From positions 1-64,000 of the IMG/VR virus record IMGVR_UViG_3300028573_000014: a stretch of DNA of 64,000 bases. The stretch is one strand, 5' to 3'. The notes beneath the pieces were generated by a model, which was given only the letters and a program-made list of their open reading frames with translations, did not search any database and was not told the origin of the DNA. The stretch is from a virus. Below are positions 20,486 to 30,217 of this stretch, piece by piece. Each line of letters opens with the position of its first letter. The stretch's first letter is position 1. The position numbers and the translations under genes are program-made.

Positions 20486-23400
20486 TTAGTTGGTACCGGT
20501 GGTTACGCCGGAGATGGAGACGGGAAGAACGCCCTTCATGACGAAGAACGCCTGGGGGTACACGATTTTCACATCCGCGTACACATAGATCAGCAGGCCA
20601 GCCTGCAAGTTCCCAGCGAAGGTCTGGTCCAGACGCACCTCAACCTGATCGCTCAGGCCGATGTACATATACTGCCAGTCGCCACCAAAGACATAGGACG
20701 AGTTGGTGCTGGTCCCTTCAACGACATTGGTCGGAATCTGGTTGGAGATCGCATATGGCATCGCCATGATCTCACGCTCGGCTGCGGCACGCCACGCAGG
20801 ACGCAGCAGAGGATTGCCCAGAGTGTCAGTCGCCAGCGTAAAGGCGCGGCTGATCTGGCTGTGGAGTGCGATACCGCGACGTGACCCGTCATCATAGGGC
20901 ACGTTGGCATCGTCCAGCAAACCAAACGCCTGACCAATATCCGTGAACTGAGGAATACGCCCGTTCCCGCCCATGTCATAGGTCTGAGCCGATGGTGTGT
21001 TCAGGATACCGACGATTTCCATACCGCCGCCGGACACGAGCGCACCGCCCGTACCAAGCAAAGCAGCCTTGTCGATCTTCAAGGCAATCGACTTCGCCAT
21101 CTGGTTGCGCAACTGCGACTCGGCTTGTGGAGTCATATTTGCTTCAACGTTGAAGGGGACCTTCACCAGGCTTGAGACACCGTGCGGGTACAACGTAACC
21201 GTGCGGTACCCAGGCTGGCTGTCAGAGACGGCCTGATTCTCACCAACCCATTGCGCATCGGGCGCTGAGTTCATGATAGGAACGGTCAGGACGTTCGTGC
21301 CCTGCATGTCGATGTGCTCAGCCCCAAGCTGATAACAAACGACTTTGGCACGCAGCGGGTCCAACACGACTGGAGAAATCTCCTGGTGCAGGATATAACC
21401 ACCGTTTGGACCCGAAGCGGAGGACATTGCCTTTTCCGCGCCGATCACAAAACGAGGACGTTCCATCCGCGCGATGCGCTTCAGGTCGGCATACACACCA
21501 GCCAGAGGCGTTTTGGTGATGCCAGTGTTTTGATTGATGCCCTTCTGGGCGATTGAACCAGTCATATATGGCCCCACTGACTTTGAACCACCGCCGCTTG
21601 ATAAGTGACGGCTAAGGACGGAATAGTTGTACGGTGCTGGATCGCTCATCGTCGCGGTAGGAACATCGTCCTTTTCGCTTGACATCGCAGCGCTGTACAG
21701 GTTGTTGAGGTGGCTGGTCACATCTTCGGCCTTGCTATCTTCGGGCATACCAAGTGCCTTGATCAGATCCGGGTGAGCTTTGCCTTCGGTATTAATCGCT
21801 GCAATGTGGTTGTCCATTGCACCGCGTACCGCAGTAGGCTCCGGTTCACAGCCATACATCTGTGCCAGGGCGTGCAGGGTTGATTCGGGCTGCTCGTCGG
21901 CATCGAAGTCGTCATTTGCATCATTGACTTCTTCGAGACCGTCCTTTGCAGCGTCTTCCTTCTGCTCTTCCTGGTCTTCCTTCTCGTCTTCTTTATCCAT
22001 TTTTCCCTCTCTTATTTCTGCTTTTGTGGCTTCCTCAAGCGTGTCAGTCGCCTCCCGCTCCTGCATCACACTCTTCAAAGCCAGTTCCAAACTCTTGGCG
22101 GCAAGCACGGGGCCAAGTCCCGGTTCGGCAGGGGTGCGAGTAAGGCTGCATCCCGCTAACGGCCACAATCCCAGATGTCCGTCAGCGGGGTCATACCCCT
22201 GCTGCGCATAATGGGAAAGGCTGTCACTAGAGTAGGCAAACACACCGTTCGCTGCGTCTTTCGCAGTGCGGACGTAAAGTGGATGGTCGGTGTGGAGAGC
22301 GTGCTCTCCCCAGATTCCCCGTGGGTACACCTTTACCAGGGTGCGTTGCCCAATAGGGTCCCCGCCGTAATCGGGGTTTTTGCCGTGTTCCATCCACAGA
22401 GGCGCGTTCGGGTAGTAATCCGCAAACGTTTTGGTCATGTCATCAAAAAAGGTATCCTGCAAATCGAGATTTTCAGGATCCGTGAAAAGCATCATCCAGC
22501 CCTCAACCGAGGTCGGTAGACCATCGACTGCCTTCGAGCCAATCATTGAGGCACGGTTGCAAGCACCCTGCGCTGCCAGCGTAGCCTTAACGTCATCCCC
22601 GGTTTCTTGCATCACCTGATCGTAGACTTTTGCCCACAGGCTAAAGTCTTTCTCGCTCAGATCGGATGGCATTTTGCCAGACAGATAAGCCGCAACCTTT
22701 GCCTTATCCTCTTTGGACAGGCCAAGTTCAGCCGCGCGTGCCCGAATGCGGGAACGAACTGTTGGCTTGTCAGCATCGGGAATGTCGGCACGATTACCGT
22801 GCGGAGGGTTAGGTCCCATCGCTGCGGCTGCCAGCAACACATGTCGAGCGTCTGGCATCGGCAGTTTCCACGAAGATGGTGTGTCCTTATCGGGCACATA
22901 ACCATACGTGTCAGGATTGGCATCCTTGCCTGCTGCTTCTTCCTCTGGCGCTTCACCGTAGAAGTAGGCATTGAAGTCTTCTGAGCCACGAGGATGATGA
23001 GCCTTTTCGCCTGCCACTTCATCGACTGCTGTTTCAGTCTCAGCAGGCGCATCGGAGATCTCTTCGATCACTTCCTCATCTGGCTCAGACTTGGTAGCAA
23101 CGGGCACTTCCCCGTGCGCATGGGCAATGGCTTCTTCGCGTGTGGCGTAGCCTTCTTCAGGAGAACGCACACCGGAAGTCATGTCCAGAACGCGGTATTT
23201 ACCGTCGGTCTTGCTCTTTACAATTTTCACTGTCAAGGACTTCTTTCCTTTCCCGCCGGATAGCGGAATGGTGTAATCCCCTGCCTCTCCATAGGATTCC
23301 CAGAGACTGTCAAAGGTCACAGGGACAGGTTGGAGTGGGATTGTCGGGGTAGGCATCTCTTTATCGATATAGGCCAACGTCATATGCGGCGTGTAGCCAT

Positions 23401-23863
23401 GAGTCTCCAGCGGATCGGCATCCGCACCTTTCAGGAAAGCAACCAGTGCCTGCCGGAAACGTGGAAGGTCAGGGCAATCGAAGTTCAGGTAGATGCAGTC
23501 CTTATCAGGCGCATCCATGAACCGACCAATGCCGTTCAGAGTGCCACTGAGCGCAGGCCAGCCCTGTGCGAACTTAGTCAGTTCGGACTCCAGCGCTTCC
23601 TCATCTGGCATCCAACCGGGATCATCAGTGCTGCCCAGATAGGCCAGCGTGACATGCATTTCATCGACTGGCATCAGGCAGTCTTCTGGTAGTCCAGCGC
23701 CCTTCGCCAGTGCGATCAGATGTTGGGCAATAACAGGCGGAATCTTGAACGCGATCATGATTCCGTCCTGGTGGTCAGCATCCTTTGCCGGGATACCAAT
23801 GGTAGAACGGAGAACATAACCGCCTGCTGCCCCTGTCGCGCTGCTCATCGCTTTGGCCGTCAT
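20486..23863 (-). CDS. Head polyprotein: 2H phosphoesterase + accessory domains + prohead protease + scaffold + HK97-fold major capsid protein
   Basis: HVTLAY and HMTLAY 2H motifs; DLQDTFF, EHG, YSS, SLTRTPAEP protease motifs; acidic scaffold; GGYIL, AQWVGE, IDKAALLGTG, GGDW capsid motifs. Confidence 0.85.
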   Translation of the reverse strand: MTAKAMSSATGAAGGYVLRSTIGIPAKDADHQDGIMIAFKIPPVIAQHLIALAKGAGLPEDCLMPVDEMHVTLAYLGSTDDPGWMPDEEALESELTKFAQGWPALSGTLNGIGRFMDAPDKDCIYLNFDCPDLPRFRQALVAFLKGADADPLETHGYTPHMTLAYIDKEMPTPTIPLQPVPVTFDSLWESYGEAGDYTIPLSGGKGKKSLTVKIVKSKTDGKYRVLDMTSGVRSPEEGYATREEAIAHAHGEVPVATKSEPDEEVIEEISDAPAETETAVDEVAGEKAHHPRGSEDFNAYFYGEAPEEEAAGKDANPDTYGYVPDKDTPSSWKLPMPDARHVLLAAAAMGPNPPHGNRADIPDADKPTVRSRIRARAAELGLSKEDKAKVAAYLSGKMPSDLSEKDFSLWAKVYDQVMQETGDDVKATLAAQGACNRASMIGSKAVDGLPTSVEGWMMLFTDPENLDLQDTFFDDMTKTFADYYPNAPLWMEHGKNPDYGGDPIGQRTLVKVYPRGIWGEHALHTDHPLYVRTAKDAANGVFAYSSDSLSHYAQQGYDPADGHLGLWPLAGCSLTRTPAEPGLGPVLAAKSLELALKSVMQEREATDTLEEATKAEIREGKMDKEDEKEDQEEQKEDAAKDGLEEVNDANDDFDADEQPESTLHALAQMYGCEPEPTAVRGAMDNHIAAINTEGKAHPDLIKALGMPEDSKAEDVTSHLNNLYSAAMSSEKDDVPTATMSDPAPYNYSVLSRHLSSGGGSKSVGPYMTGSIAQKGINQNTGITKTPLAGVYADLKRIARMERPRFVIGAEKAMSSASGPNGGYILHQEISPVVLDPLRAKVVCYQLGAEHIDMQGTNVLTVPIMNSAPDAQWVGENQAVSDSQPGYRTVTLYPHGVSSLVKVPFNVEANMTPQAESQLRNQMAKSIALKIDKAALLGTGGALVSGGGMEIVGILNTPSAQTYDMGGNGRIPQFTDIGQAFGLLDDANVPYDDGSRRGIALHSQISRAFTLATDTLGNPLLRPAWRAAAEREIMAMPYAISNQIPTNVVEGTSTNSSYVFGGDWQYMYIGLSDQVEVRLDQTFAGNLQAGLLIYVYADVKIVYPQAFFVMKGVLPVSISGVTTGTN

Positions 23864-24405
23864 GATTGGAAAGCTCCCAACGCTTCGTCCAGCGCTTCAA
23901 GTAACATGTCTTCGACCAGATCTGCAATCTCATTCTCAGCGTCCTCGAAGTCGTTGCCCCAGCCTGTATTCTCATGGCCTGGAACAGCATCTGGACCGTA
24001 GACCGCCTGCGCGTAGTTGTCACCCTTCCAGTCCACAGCGTCATTCTCTATGGTCAGGAAAGTATCATTGGCACTGGTGTTTTCGGAGACGACCCAACTG
24101 CTTTCCAGTTTGTCGGTGCGGTCCCACTGTCCACCGTTCGGGTCCCAGTCCTGTCCAGGGATCTGCCCGGTTCTCTTCATCCAGAAATACCAGTTGCGAC
24201 TGGGAAGGGTTGCGAAATCAAAGGGATGCACAACATCACCAGGTGGAGGGGCAAAGCGGTCATTGACCACTTCCACCACTGCCTCATGGATGGGACCATG
24301 CACAGCTTCGTAGATTGGTTCGCGGATGGCAGCGACCTTCTGGCGAATGTCACGCAGAACATCTACAGCGACTGAGGGGTTGTACTCCACGCTGAAGAAA
24401 CTCAT
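23860..24405 (-). CDS. Virion morphogenesis (neck/tail completion-like) protein
   Basis: RTDKLESSW and NYAQAVYG resemble HK97 gp10-type motifs; lies between portal and capsid genes. Confidence 0.5.
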   Translation of the reverse strand: MSFFSVEYNPSVAVDVLRDIRQKVAAIREPIYEAVHGPIHEAVVEVVNDRFAPPPGDVVHPFDFATLPSRNWYFWMKRTGQIPGQDWDPNGGQWDRTDKLESSWVVSENTSANDTFLTIENDAVDWKGDNYAQAVYGPDAVPGHENTGWGNDFEDAENEIADLVEDMLLEALDEALGAFQS

Positions 24406-26762
24406 ATCGCCACCGCCTCAGTGTCAATGACCATATTGTGCTCATGGTCATGATGGTCATGTGACTTTGTGCCTGCGATGGGTACGCCTGCCAGTGAACC
24501 ATTGGCCGGTTCAGTTGTGTCATCGAGCGTACACAGACAGTTAATCCCCGTGCAGATACAACTATCGGAGCGGGGATAGATTCCATATTTGAGCCAGGTA
24601 CGCGCACGATGCACCTGCCCGTCAGCACCAGAACACGTTTCGCAGTGGTCTTTCGTGCCGCCAAGCGTAAATTTCTTCATGCCGTTCATCTTGCCGTACA
24701 TGTTGCCCAGTATCTTCATGCCCTGTAGACCCTTATTGATCCACAGTTCAATTCGACTAAGCATGGCATTACGGGCTGCTGAAAACTCAGGGGTCTCCCT
24801 GAGCGGAATCACATTGCGATACATGTCGTTTGCCAGCGCAGTCCAGTAACTGCGTTCCTGCTTTGTTTCCAGATCGAGCGCTGACTTTTCTTCATCGGTC
24901 ATCTCAGCGGGATCTGTACCCGCTTCCTGCATTCCGTTCTTAAACGCATTCAGGAAAGCCATCTCAATTTCGCTACGCCCTGCTACTCCGAACTGATTGC
25001 GATTCAAGTTTCCCTGGAAAGCATCGGTCATGAGTTCATATAGAGCAGTGCGATACTGTGCCTCGGTGTCCTCGTAGCCTTTAACCGCCTGCACCCGGAT
25101 GGCATTCCAGATTGATTCCGACGGTTCTTCACCGGAAAGCAGGAAACGACCAAACGCTACTGCATGGGCGGGTAGAGAGTCGCTCTTAAATGCATAATTT
25201 CTGCCCTTGCGCTCAATGAGAACACGCCAGTTCTTCAACTCTTTGTGCTGGGCATCGGGCAGGAACGGAATAGGATCGACACTTTTGCCTGTTGGTGCGG
25301 TAGGTGCAGTCGCTTCGGTAGATGCGCCCACTTCCGCAGCACGTGGAGTGCTTTCGCCTGTGCGGGATGGCTTATCGGGCTTAGCATTTTCTCCACCGGA
25401 AACCATGCCTGGATTACCAGGGGCCACACGCCAGTAGTTCTGCATTTCAGCGGATGGCACTGGAATGCCGCCGATAAGGTACAGACCTGTCAGGTTTTCG
25501 TCTACATTCAGCCCCAGTGTTTTCTGAGCATTTGCCAGATCCAGAACACCGTCCTTAAGCTGCTTGCTCACGGTATCCGTGCGGGATGAGATATCCTCGT
25601 CCAGGCCACGTACACGCTTGAAGGTGGGGACAATGCGCCATTCAGGATTGAGTGGCTTGGCAACCTGCTCAGTGAAGATGTCGGCATAGCGTTCTGACTG
25701 CGGGACCAGCCAGCTAATGAGCCATTCACGCTTCTGGTCGTAGAACTTTGTGCCCTGCGCACGCTGCGCCTGACGTGGCTCAATAAGTTCAAGTGGAACG
25801 CGCAGGATACGCAGACAGGCATCACGCGCCTGGTCGGTCAGGTTGGGCATTCCCAGCTTATCGAAGTCTTGCTGGAATTTCAGCATTTCCCAACGTGTGG
25901 GTAGAACAACCGTGCGACCTGCATTGGCTGCGCCCTGATACATCCGGCGCAGGTATTCACTCAGTTCGAGTTTCTGGTCAGGACCAGGGACATAACTCGA
26001 CCCGTCCGCAGGCTGAATAACAAAGGATGGCATCGCCATGTTGCGAAAGAACATCAATTGCGTGGCTGTGATCTCTGTCTCGGTAGCAGCCTGCGCATAA
26101 GCGACCATCAGCGGACCCGTGCCGCCAAAGTCTTCAAAGAAGTCAATGTTATGGAAATAAACAGTGTCTTCCGGCGGCAACCAGTCCAGATCTGGTTCAA
26201 GCTCGCTGCCCCAGACCGGACGGATATGGAAACCGCCCAGACCGCGTGAAGTATCGGTCTCACGGCGGAAGAAGTTATTGTTAATCCACTGAAACCCGTC
26301 GAGAATGCCAGACTGAGTCTTCAACCGACGCAGCAACACTTCGCCATAGCAGCAGTAGGACGTTTCAGACCGCTCAATAATGCTCTGGAAGTTAGACTGG
26401 AATGCCGCCTGAATGCCCTGAGCGCGAGGGGTGAAGAATTTGGGATCTCCCTCTTCGAGCAGTTCTCCAGCGGCATTGGCGATCTTAAAGTCAACCTGGC
26501 GCAGCGACTCAGCGCGGAGTTCAATGGCAGAACGTGCTGTAACTGCTGTCCTGAACAAATGTGCGATCTCGCTGTAGGAGACCTGCGGACGTAGCAGTGC
26601 GACTTCCTGATTCAGGTAAGTCTTGATAGCGCTGCCGCTGTTTTCCATGACGTTGAAGGGCAGGTCATTCAGGTCCAGTTCAAAGCGATTCTTGCGAATC
26701 GTTTGCGTGATCTGCTTTGATCGATTCTTTTTGCCCTGGAAGTGTCGATTACGGTGACTCAT
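24402..26762 (-). CDS. Portal protein fused to MuF-like head morphogenesis domain
   Basis: YGEVL, GTGPL, FFRNMAMPS, NAGRTVVL, ILRVP portal motifs; C-terminal HCETC...CTGINCLC; ATGA overlap with terL. Confidence 0.85.
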   Translation of the reverse strand: MSHRNRHFQGKKNRSKQITQTIRKNRFELDLNDLPFNVMENSGSAIKTYLNQEVALLRPQVSYSEIAHLFRTAVTARSAIELRAESLRQVDFKIANAAGELLEEGDPKFFTPRAQGIQAAFQSNFQSIIERSETSYCCYGEVLLRRLKTQSGILDGFQWINNNFFRRETDTSRGLGGFHIRPVWGSELEPDLDWLPPEDTVYFHNIDFFEDFGGTGPLMVAYAQAATETEITATQLMFFRNMAMPSFVIQPADGSSYVPGPDQKLELSEYLRRMYQGAANAGRTVVLPTRWEMLKFQQDFDKLGMPNLTDQARDACLRILRVPLELIEPRQAQRAQGTKFYDQKREWLISWLVPQSERYADIFTEQVAKPLNPEWRIVPTFKRVRGLDEDISSRTDTVSKQLKDGVLDLANAQKTLGLNVDENLTGLYLIGGIPVPSAEMQNYWRVAPGNPGMVSGGENAKPDKPSRTGESTPRAAEVGASTEATAPTAPTGKSVDPIPFLPDAQHKELKNWRVLIERKGRNYAFKSDSLPAHAVAFGRFLLSGEEPSESIWNAIRVQAVKGYEDTEAQYRTALYELMTDAFQGNLNRNQFGVAGRSEIEMAFLNAFKNGMQEAGTDPAEMTDEEKSALDLETKQERSYWTALANDMYRNVIPLRETPEFSAARNAMLSRIELWINKGLQGMKILGNMYGKMNGMKKFTLGGTKDHCETCSGADGQVHRARTWLKYGIYPRSDSCICTGINCLCTLDDTTEPANGSLAGVPIAGTKSHDHHDHEHNMVIDTEAVAI

Positions 26763-28117
26763 AAGAATATGTACTCCGCAGTGGGCCATGCAACATCAAT
26801 GGGCGGAGGAGGCGGAAACTGGACATTTCCATAAAGCACATCAGCGGGGATAATGCCCTGCGAGGCGTGCGGGATATCGATAAGTTCCGGTGCCCACTTG
26901 GGAACACCGTAGGTTGCGCCATGATAGGCCAGCGCTAGAGACATCACCATATCGTCATTCGAGTCACGGGGACCGGAATAACGGAATGCGCCAGATGGCA
27001 GTCGCTCCATCTGGAATGCATGGAGTTCGTCCAGAAGAAGCTGACCTATCGGCTGACCGTCAATGGCTTCACCCTTGTGAAGAACCTGTAGCTGACGATT
27101 GTCGAAGGCGGCAGCCAGTGCCTCAATGATGAGCGCCTTACTGCTACCACTGGTAGTGAAGGGCATAATGGGCAAGCCAGTGTCCATGAGACTTTCCATG
27201 AACGCCAGGTTGGTATTCTGCTCGACAATGATGCCTGCTGCGTGGAAAAGATTTGCCAGTGCAACAATGCGACCTTTTTGCAGCTTGTAGTCCACATGGT
27301 TGGCCCGGTCAATATAACAAACCGACATCAACGTTACGTCGATGACGGTGAACACGGAAAAGTCATTGGTCTTGGCAAGGTCAACGCCGATGACGTAGGT
27401 ATGACCGGCCTTTGGCTGAGCCTGAACAAAGCCCTGCGCCATCTCTTCCAGATTGCGGAACACAGATCCTGCATCCGAAATGAACTCGGCCAGGTATTCC
27501 TGCGAGAAAATGTTGACGGGCGTAGTTTTACGTGCATCTTCAATTTCACTTGCAGGCAGGAACGGATTGTCGGAAGAAGGCTTGTGCCAGCTCTCCCAGT
27601 CGGGAAAAGCGTCGTTTTTGCCCAGTCGATACAGATTCCAGAACCAGTTGTAACCCTTTGGCGTTGAGGCAAACAGGGCACGACCCTGCGTGGTCATGAG
27701 CATGGGTCGGATAACTTCTTGCCAGGTGTCACCAGAGGGAACAACCGCAGCCTCGTCAATGAGCACGAGATCGTATTCGCGTCCACGAGGACCATCTGGG
27801 TTGTCCAGTGACCACATTTCCACGACTGCACCGTTGATGGTCTCAATACGGTGTTCGTCTTCCTTCTTTTCCTTCGTGATGGGCGCAAGCATGTTCTTGA
27901 CAATGCGCCACATGTCTGCCAGCATCTTGTAGGTCGGGCACATGTAGGCAATGCGCTTGGCCTCGGACACTGCTCGAAGTATTTCAGCACGAAGGGTAAC
28001 GGTCTTGCCCCATCGTCGACCACAGTCCAGAACACGGAACCGGGCAGGCGACTCATAGACTTCTATCTGTCCAGGATGAAGGGCGAGACCCAGATAGACA
28101 TTAATCCTGTTGTCCAT
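26759..28117 (-). CDS. terL: Terminase large subunit
   Basis: GRRWGKT Walker A, LIDEAA Walker B, STPKG, IGVDLA and NDDMVMSLALA nuclease motifs. Confidence 0.95.
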   Translation of the reverse strand: MDNRINVYLGLALHPGQIEVYESPARFRVLDCGRRWGKTVTLRAEILRAVSEAKRIAYMCPTYKMLADMWRIVKNMLAPITKEKKEDEHRIETINGAVVEMWSLDNPDGPRGREYDLVLIDEAAVVPSGDTWQEVIRPMLMTTQGRALFASTPKGYNWFWNLYRLGKNDAFPDWESWHKPSSDNPFLPASEIEDARKTTPVNIFSQEYLAEFISDAGSVFRNLEEMAQGFVQAQPKAGHTYVIGVDLAKTNDFSVFTVIDVTLMSVCYIDRANHVDYKLQKGRIVALANLFHAAGIIVEQNTNLAFMESLMDTGLPIMPFTTSGSSKALIIEALAAAFDNRQLQVLHKGEAIDGQPIGQLLLDELHAFQMERLPSGAFRYSGPRDSNDDMVMSLALAYHGATYGVPKWAPELIDIPHASQGIIPADVLYGNVQFPPPPPIDVAWPTAEYIFL

Positions 28118-28598
28118 CGACCACCTGTGCATCTATGACTCTGGTGGTCTCTTCATCCTTCTTTTGCGGAGCGCCCAGAACGAAATTGATAACAATGTCG
28201 CCCCGTCCAGATTCCTGCTTCGGGCTGTACTTCTCTGGCCGGTTGCCTTTCAGGTGAATTTCAATCGCCTTGATTTTGGCTCCGGCAGGCGTATCCGGGG
28301 CAAGCGCCATGTCAACCAGCGCATCTTCGACATCATCTACAATGGACTCTTGAACATCATCCATAAGCTGGCGGAAGGCTGGATCAGTCTCACGCCAACG
28401 ATAGACCATAAACTTTTGTAGATCCGCTGCTTTACAGGCTTTACCGAGGTGCGCCCGAAACTCGGAATAGGTCCGCAGAAAGCGTTCTTTCTGGTCCTGA
28501 ATCTCAGCAAGCCGTTCTTCTTCCACATTGAATGCAGGAGAAAACGACTTGATATCTCGGTCTGGAGTTTGATCTAAGCGCTGCTGCCCGTCAGTCAC
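28101..28598 (-). CDS. terS: Terminase small subunit
   Basis: HTH (KACKAADL..VYRWRETDPAF), LKGNRPEKY, upstream of terL. Confidence 0.85.
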   Translation of the reverse strand: MTDGQQRLDQTPDRDIKSFSPAFNVEEERLAEIQDQKERFLRTYSEFRAHLGKACKAADLQKFMVYRWRETDPAFRQLMDDVQESIVDDVEDALVDMALAPDTPAGAKIKAIEIHLKGNRPEKYSPKQESGRGDIVINFVLGAPQKKDEETTRVIDAQVVDGQQD

Positions 28599-28620
28599 AT
28601 GATTTAGCCCATAAACAAAG

Positions 28621-28650
28621 AAGCATCTAATGGCAACAGATTAGATGCTT
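28621..28650. promoter_or_regulatory. 11-bp inverted repeat upstream of terS
   Basis: AAGCATCTAAT-ggcaacag-ATTAGATGCTT. Confidence 0.6.
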
Positions 28651-28694
28651 TTGAGGCTATAGACAATTAAGTAGTCTGGGGTAATAAAACTATC

Positions 28695-29048
28695 CTACGA
28701 GGTGTGTATTACCTCAGAAAATCTACTCTCTCTTATGACGGGATGGCTATATTGAGAATTGACCAGAAAGAATTCACCGTTCTTTTTAACGGCACGGCAT
28801 TCCCAGGGACGGGTCAGTTGCATTGCATAGTTGAACGCATTGCCCGTCGAGATGCCCATGATTTTCCCGATCTTCTCGTAGGTCGGTGTATTGCCACCGT
28901 GATCTGCGGCATAGAAAGCAATAATGAGTTCGACCCGATCTCGCTGCAATAAATCCTTGTTTGCAATGAGTTCAATGAGTTCATCGGGCGGGATCCACTC
29001 GTCCAGGTCAGGCTGGAAGGGTTTGCGTTCTGTAGATTTATTTGACAT
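28695..29048 (-). CDS. LexA-type winged-HTH protein
   Basis: PTYEKIGKIMGISTGNAF. Confidence 0.65.
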   Translation of the reverse strand: MSNKSTERKPFQPDLDEWIPPDELIELIANKDLLQRDRVELIIAFYAADHGGNTPTYEKIGKIMGISTGNAFNYAMQLTRPWECRAVKKNGEFFLVNSQYSHPVIRESRFSEVIHTS

Positions 29049-29277
29049 CGGTCAATGCCTTTAATCGCTCAGATATATCCCACGAGGACTCACTTAGCCA
29101 GTACTTCTTGTCTTTGCAGGATACTTTTCCATATGATACCAGTTCCCTGACATACATGTGGGCGTTCCCTGCGCTTGTGGCAGCCCCTTCCGCTATTTCG
29201 CGCATCGTGGGAAACTGTCCACCATGAGAAAGTCCATAGGTTGCAATAAAGAGTTCTATTTGATCGCGTTTTACCAT
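29038..29277 (-). CDS. LexA-type winged-HTH protein (paralogue of neighbour)
   Basis: PTMREIAEGAATSAGNAHMYVRELVSYG. Confidence 0.7.
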   Translation of the reverse strand: MVKRDQIELFIATYGLSHGGQFPTMREIAEGAATSAGNAHMYVRELVSYGKVSCKDKKYWLSESSWDISERLKALTDVK

Positions 29278-29813
29278 GATTTTGACTTTACCATAAAAGG
29301 TCCACGGACGTTAGGACTAAAGCGTGCAGCAACAGTCAGCGCCAGTTCGATCCGATGATCAACATCCCTCATTTTCTCAGTAGACCCAAGCGATCCGAGT
29401 GCATAATCTTCGCCAGATCCACAGGCAGCATAGTTCTCTGCGTAATGATTGACCTGAAAATCACTACAGACGCAGTAGATAGTTCCATGATAGCCTACCA
29501 GAAATTCTCCGCTGCTTTCCAGATTGTTTTCGATCTTGGAGATACCATGTTCTTTGAACAAACTGCGAACGTTTTCTGCAAAAACTTTGACCATGTAGGC
29601 ATCGTCAGAAACACCGTCTTTCTGCCTGGGAACAGTCAGATGATGCTGCAAGATTTGCCCCATCCTGAATGACCAGGTATAGCCAATGAGGAAGTCTCCG
29701 ACCTCGAAAACCTTTGGCAGCAGGCTGGTTCGCATTGTATTGCCTACGCTGGATGAACTATCAGCGCCTATGTATACCGTGTCGTTTTTAGCGATGCCAA
29801 CAATGCAGGTCAT
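29271..29813 (-). CDS. HslV/proteasome-beta-like Ntn protease
   Basis: MTCIVG N-terminal Thr, GADS, PKVF, ACGSGEDYALG. Confidence 0.8.
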   Translation of the reverse strand: MTCIVGIAKNDTVYIGADSSSSVGNTMRTSLLPKVFEVGDFLIGYTWSFRMGQILQHHLTVPRQKDGVSDDAYMVKVFAENVRSLFKEHGISKIENNLESSGEFLVGYHGTIYCVCSDFQVNHYAENYAACGSGEDYALGSLGSTEKMRDVDHRIELALTVAARFSPNVRGPFMVKSKSW

Positions 29814-30217
29814 TTGTATCCTTTGCTACTATCGTTTATGCTGCTAATTTCACTGGATATTGTGGCAATATAGGCGCGGCCATCCTTAAATTTCACAATT
29901 ACTTTTGTGCCCGGATATTTACCAGCCGCAACCCCCAATGGATCGTCAATGGAAATAGAGATAAAGGAGCCTTTTCGCATAAACCGTACAAAGGTTTTCC
30001 CTTCGGAATCTGGGTCGTAAATATAGCCTTCCGCAGTCCCTAATATGCCAACCTCACCTTCCTCAGTGTCTGGCGTATCGGATGGCGGACTCCACCAGGG
30101 CAAATAGAGATCAGGCCACATTTCGCGCTGATCGAAGTACCGATCCCGCTTCGACTGCCACTTGTGCTGCCGTGCATCTCGCCCCAGTCGGCGGATGGCT
30201 TCCAGTAAGGTTGTCAT
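29810..30217 (-). CDS. Stand-alone paralogue of the tail-fibre N-terminal domain
   Basis: GILGTAEGYIYDP..EGKTFVRF...GTKVIVKFKDGRAYI vs fibre [13 protein letters not shown]...SGRVWVRF...[16 protein letters not shown]. Confidence 0.55.
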   Translation of the reverse strand: MTTLLEAIRRLGRDARQHKWQSKRDRYFDQREMWPDLYLPWWSPPSDTPDTEEGEVGILGTAEGYIYDPDSEGKTFVRFMRKGSFISISIDDPLGVAAGKYPGTKVIVKFKDGRAYIATISSEISSINDSSKGYK

